Shown: positions 61,948 to 64,000 of the stretch, in pieces
Position numbering within the stretch: the first letter of the stretch is position 1
How the letters are laid out: each line of letters starts with the position of its first letter
NCBI RefSeq assembly: GCF_018350175.1
Contig: NC_058368.1
Span: 174,098,001-174,162,000 of the forward strand
Direction: 5' to 3'
Source: Felis catus
Lineage: Eukaryota
DNA length: 64,000 nucleotides
The notes under the pieces: generated by a model
What the model saw: the letters and a program-made list of their open reading frames with translations, nothing else
Told to the model about the DNA's origin: nothing
The model's database searches: none
Program-made: the position numbers and the translations under genes

Positions 61948-62240
61948 GTGCTATGTTCTGAATATTTGTGTCCCTACCAAATATTGTGTCTCTACCAAAT
62001 ACCAGATTCATATGTTGAAATCCTAATGCCTAATGTGATGCTTTTAGAAGATGGGGCCTTTGGGGGAATGTTAAGTCATGGTGGTGGAGCCCTCATCAGT
62101 GGGATTTGTGTTCCTATAAAGGAGACCCCAGGGAGCTCCTCTGCCCCCTTTCGCCAAGTGAGGACACAGAGTGAAAGTGCTGGCCACGAATCAGGAAGTG
62201 GGTCCAATACTCATGACCTCTCTGCACCTGAGCTATGACC
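61948..62240 (+). mobile_element. ERVL-MaLR LTR (MLT1A-like), 3'-truncated
   Basis: tgctatgttctgaat...ttcatatgttgaaatcctaa...ggggcctttggg...gtcatggtggtggagccctcat...gtgaggacacag. Confidence 0.88.
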
Positions 62241-63189
62241 TTCAACAGGAACACATATGAAACTCAGAACAAATAAATGGCAGCTGTTATAATCCTTCTT
62301 TATTATGCAACATCTTATTATTTTGCATATTTCCGTTGGTGCTGCATTTTCCTCTGGAGATCCCCCAGGGCAGGACCACGCCTTGTTCAACTTTGTATTC
62401 TCAGCACCCCTGGATCAGAGTAAGAATGCATTAAGAGTTTGTGAAGTTAAATCATCTCGTACTTTTCTGATGTAGGTAACTTTTGGATCATGGTCAGATG
62501 CCTTGGGGCTGCTTCCTTGGAAGTGTCAGGGGTGGTGAGAGGTAGGAGAGAGGAATCAGAGTTGAGAGAAGGATGGGGGAGAGAAAGAGAAAAAGGCAGG
62601 AGCTGGCGGGTCTGGGCTGGGCCCGTCCCACCCCCCAGTGGCCTTATTAGGTCTCCGTGTTGAGGAGGCTGGGGCAGGACTGTGGAGAAGAGACTGCTCT
62701 GTCAGCCAGGATGTCAGGGGCCGTCAGTCACGCAGGTCCCTCCGGCTGGGAACGAAGCTGGTGCCAGGCTCCCTAGGGGAGGCAACGACAGATGCACCGA
62801 TGGGGCAGGGGAGGGAACGGTGGCATTGTCGGAGCTCTCGCTGTGCTTTTGGCACGGTGTTGGGCACTTTTACACCCATCCTCATTTCCTGCTCACAGTG
62901 ACCCCAAGGACTAAGGCAGTAATTAGACTGCCAAATTAAATAGGAGAACCTGAAGCCCAGAGACGCTCAATTCCAGCCAAGGTCACACAGCAAGGCAGAA
63001 GGTTTGAAACCAGATCAGCGTGAAGCTGTGAACGAGGCTTCCCCCCCTCCCCCCCCCCCAAGATGTCTTCCAGTCCCTCTGTTTGGGCAGAGCTGACCAA
63101 GACCACAGTGTCCTGTTGAATGGAACAACCTTAGGACTCTTATAATAGACAGAGCACTGACCGAGTCAGGAGCCCAGTGCAGAGGTCCC

Positions 63190-63560
63190 AGCCCTGCCAT
63201 TGTCAGGCCGTGTGACCTTGGCCTAGTCATTTTACATCCCTGAGCCTCAGTTCTGTCATCTGTAAAATGAGGGCAAAGGTACCTATCCTGACTACCAAGC
63301 AGGCATGTTGGAAAGATGGCAAATATTAACAATGACAGTTATGGAACACTTGTCCCGTATCAGTAACTGTGATACGTCCCTGAGTGTATTTTCCCATTTA
63401 AACTTCACACCCACTTAGGGGTAGGAGTTATTGTTAGCCCCATCTAAAAGACGTGGAGATGAGGATTTAGAGTGTCATATGACTTTCTCCCCAATCGTAG
63501 GTAGTCACAGTTGGAGCTGGGCCGTGTTGCCGACAGTCTACTCAGAGCCCAAATGCTCAC
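63190..63560. mobile_element. Two tail-to-tail MIR SINEs (+ then -)
   Basis: Sense core tgtgaccttggcctagtc...gagcctcagttctgtcatctgtaaaatgagg, then antisense cccatttaaacttcac...ccccatc...gatgaggatttagag. Confidence 0.75.
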
Positions 63561-64000
63561 CCTGGCCTGTAGTGTATGTAAGAAGGGCTTTTCGAATGTC
63601 AAGGAAGAACAGAAATCTATTGCTTCGTAGGGCTGTAACAGGCAGGGTCTTCTGCTGTGGTTTCACATACATCATCCCATAAACTCCCCATCCCCAGTGG
63701 CCCTGGGAAACCAGAGCCCGGCACATTGCAGCTCAGAGGGGCTGGTTACCTGTCCAAGGTCACACAGCCAGAACTCGCAGAGCTGGGCTATAGACCAGGG
63801 ATGCCCGACCCCAAGACTCTAGGGATGATGCTACCACTGTTGATAATGATGGCCAACGGGCTGGTCCTGGGGTACCGGAAATACAGAAGGGGGCCCTCCT
63901 GGGCACTGGGATGAGTTTGTGTCCTCAGCCGCGCTCCTGTACTCCCGCCTGGGTGTCTCTGTTGATGCTGTTGCTTTGTTTTCCTTTCTGTATTTTCATG

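Overview
Mammalian genomic DNA, almost certainly felid: 17 tRNA-derived Can-SINEs, including near-consensus young SINEC_Fc-type copies with intact target-site duplications (TSDs). It is a repeat-dense, moderately GC-rich intergenic or large-intron region full of old eutherian repeats (MIR, L2, CR1/L3, MaLR LTRs, L1M, hAT and Tigger DNA transposon relics). I cannot support any protein-coding gene. The only ORFs with recognisable homology are fossil transposon fragments: CR1/L3 reverse transcriptase, a Tigger/pogo HTH domain and L1 ORF2. The main unique feature is a ~1.3 kb CpG island at about 44.1-45.4 kb. It carries GC boxes, a strong + strand splice donor and an extended-spacer (non-canonical) REST/RE1-like site, with a USF/TFE-type E-box just upstream. 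Other observations: a strong + strand bias of MaLR LTRs (hinting at a - strand host transcript), several AT-rich repeat-free blocks that look like conserved non-coding enhancers, a cluster of local tandem duplications, close inverted SINE pairs and nested insertions. I found no convincing novel biological system. Repeat subfamily names come from my memory of consensus sequences, not from a database search, and boundaries of old repeats are approximate.
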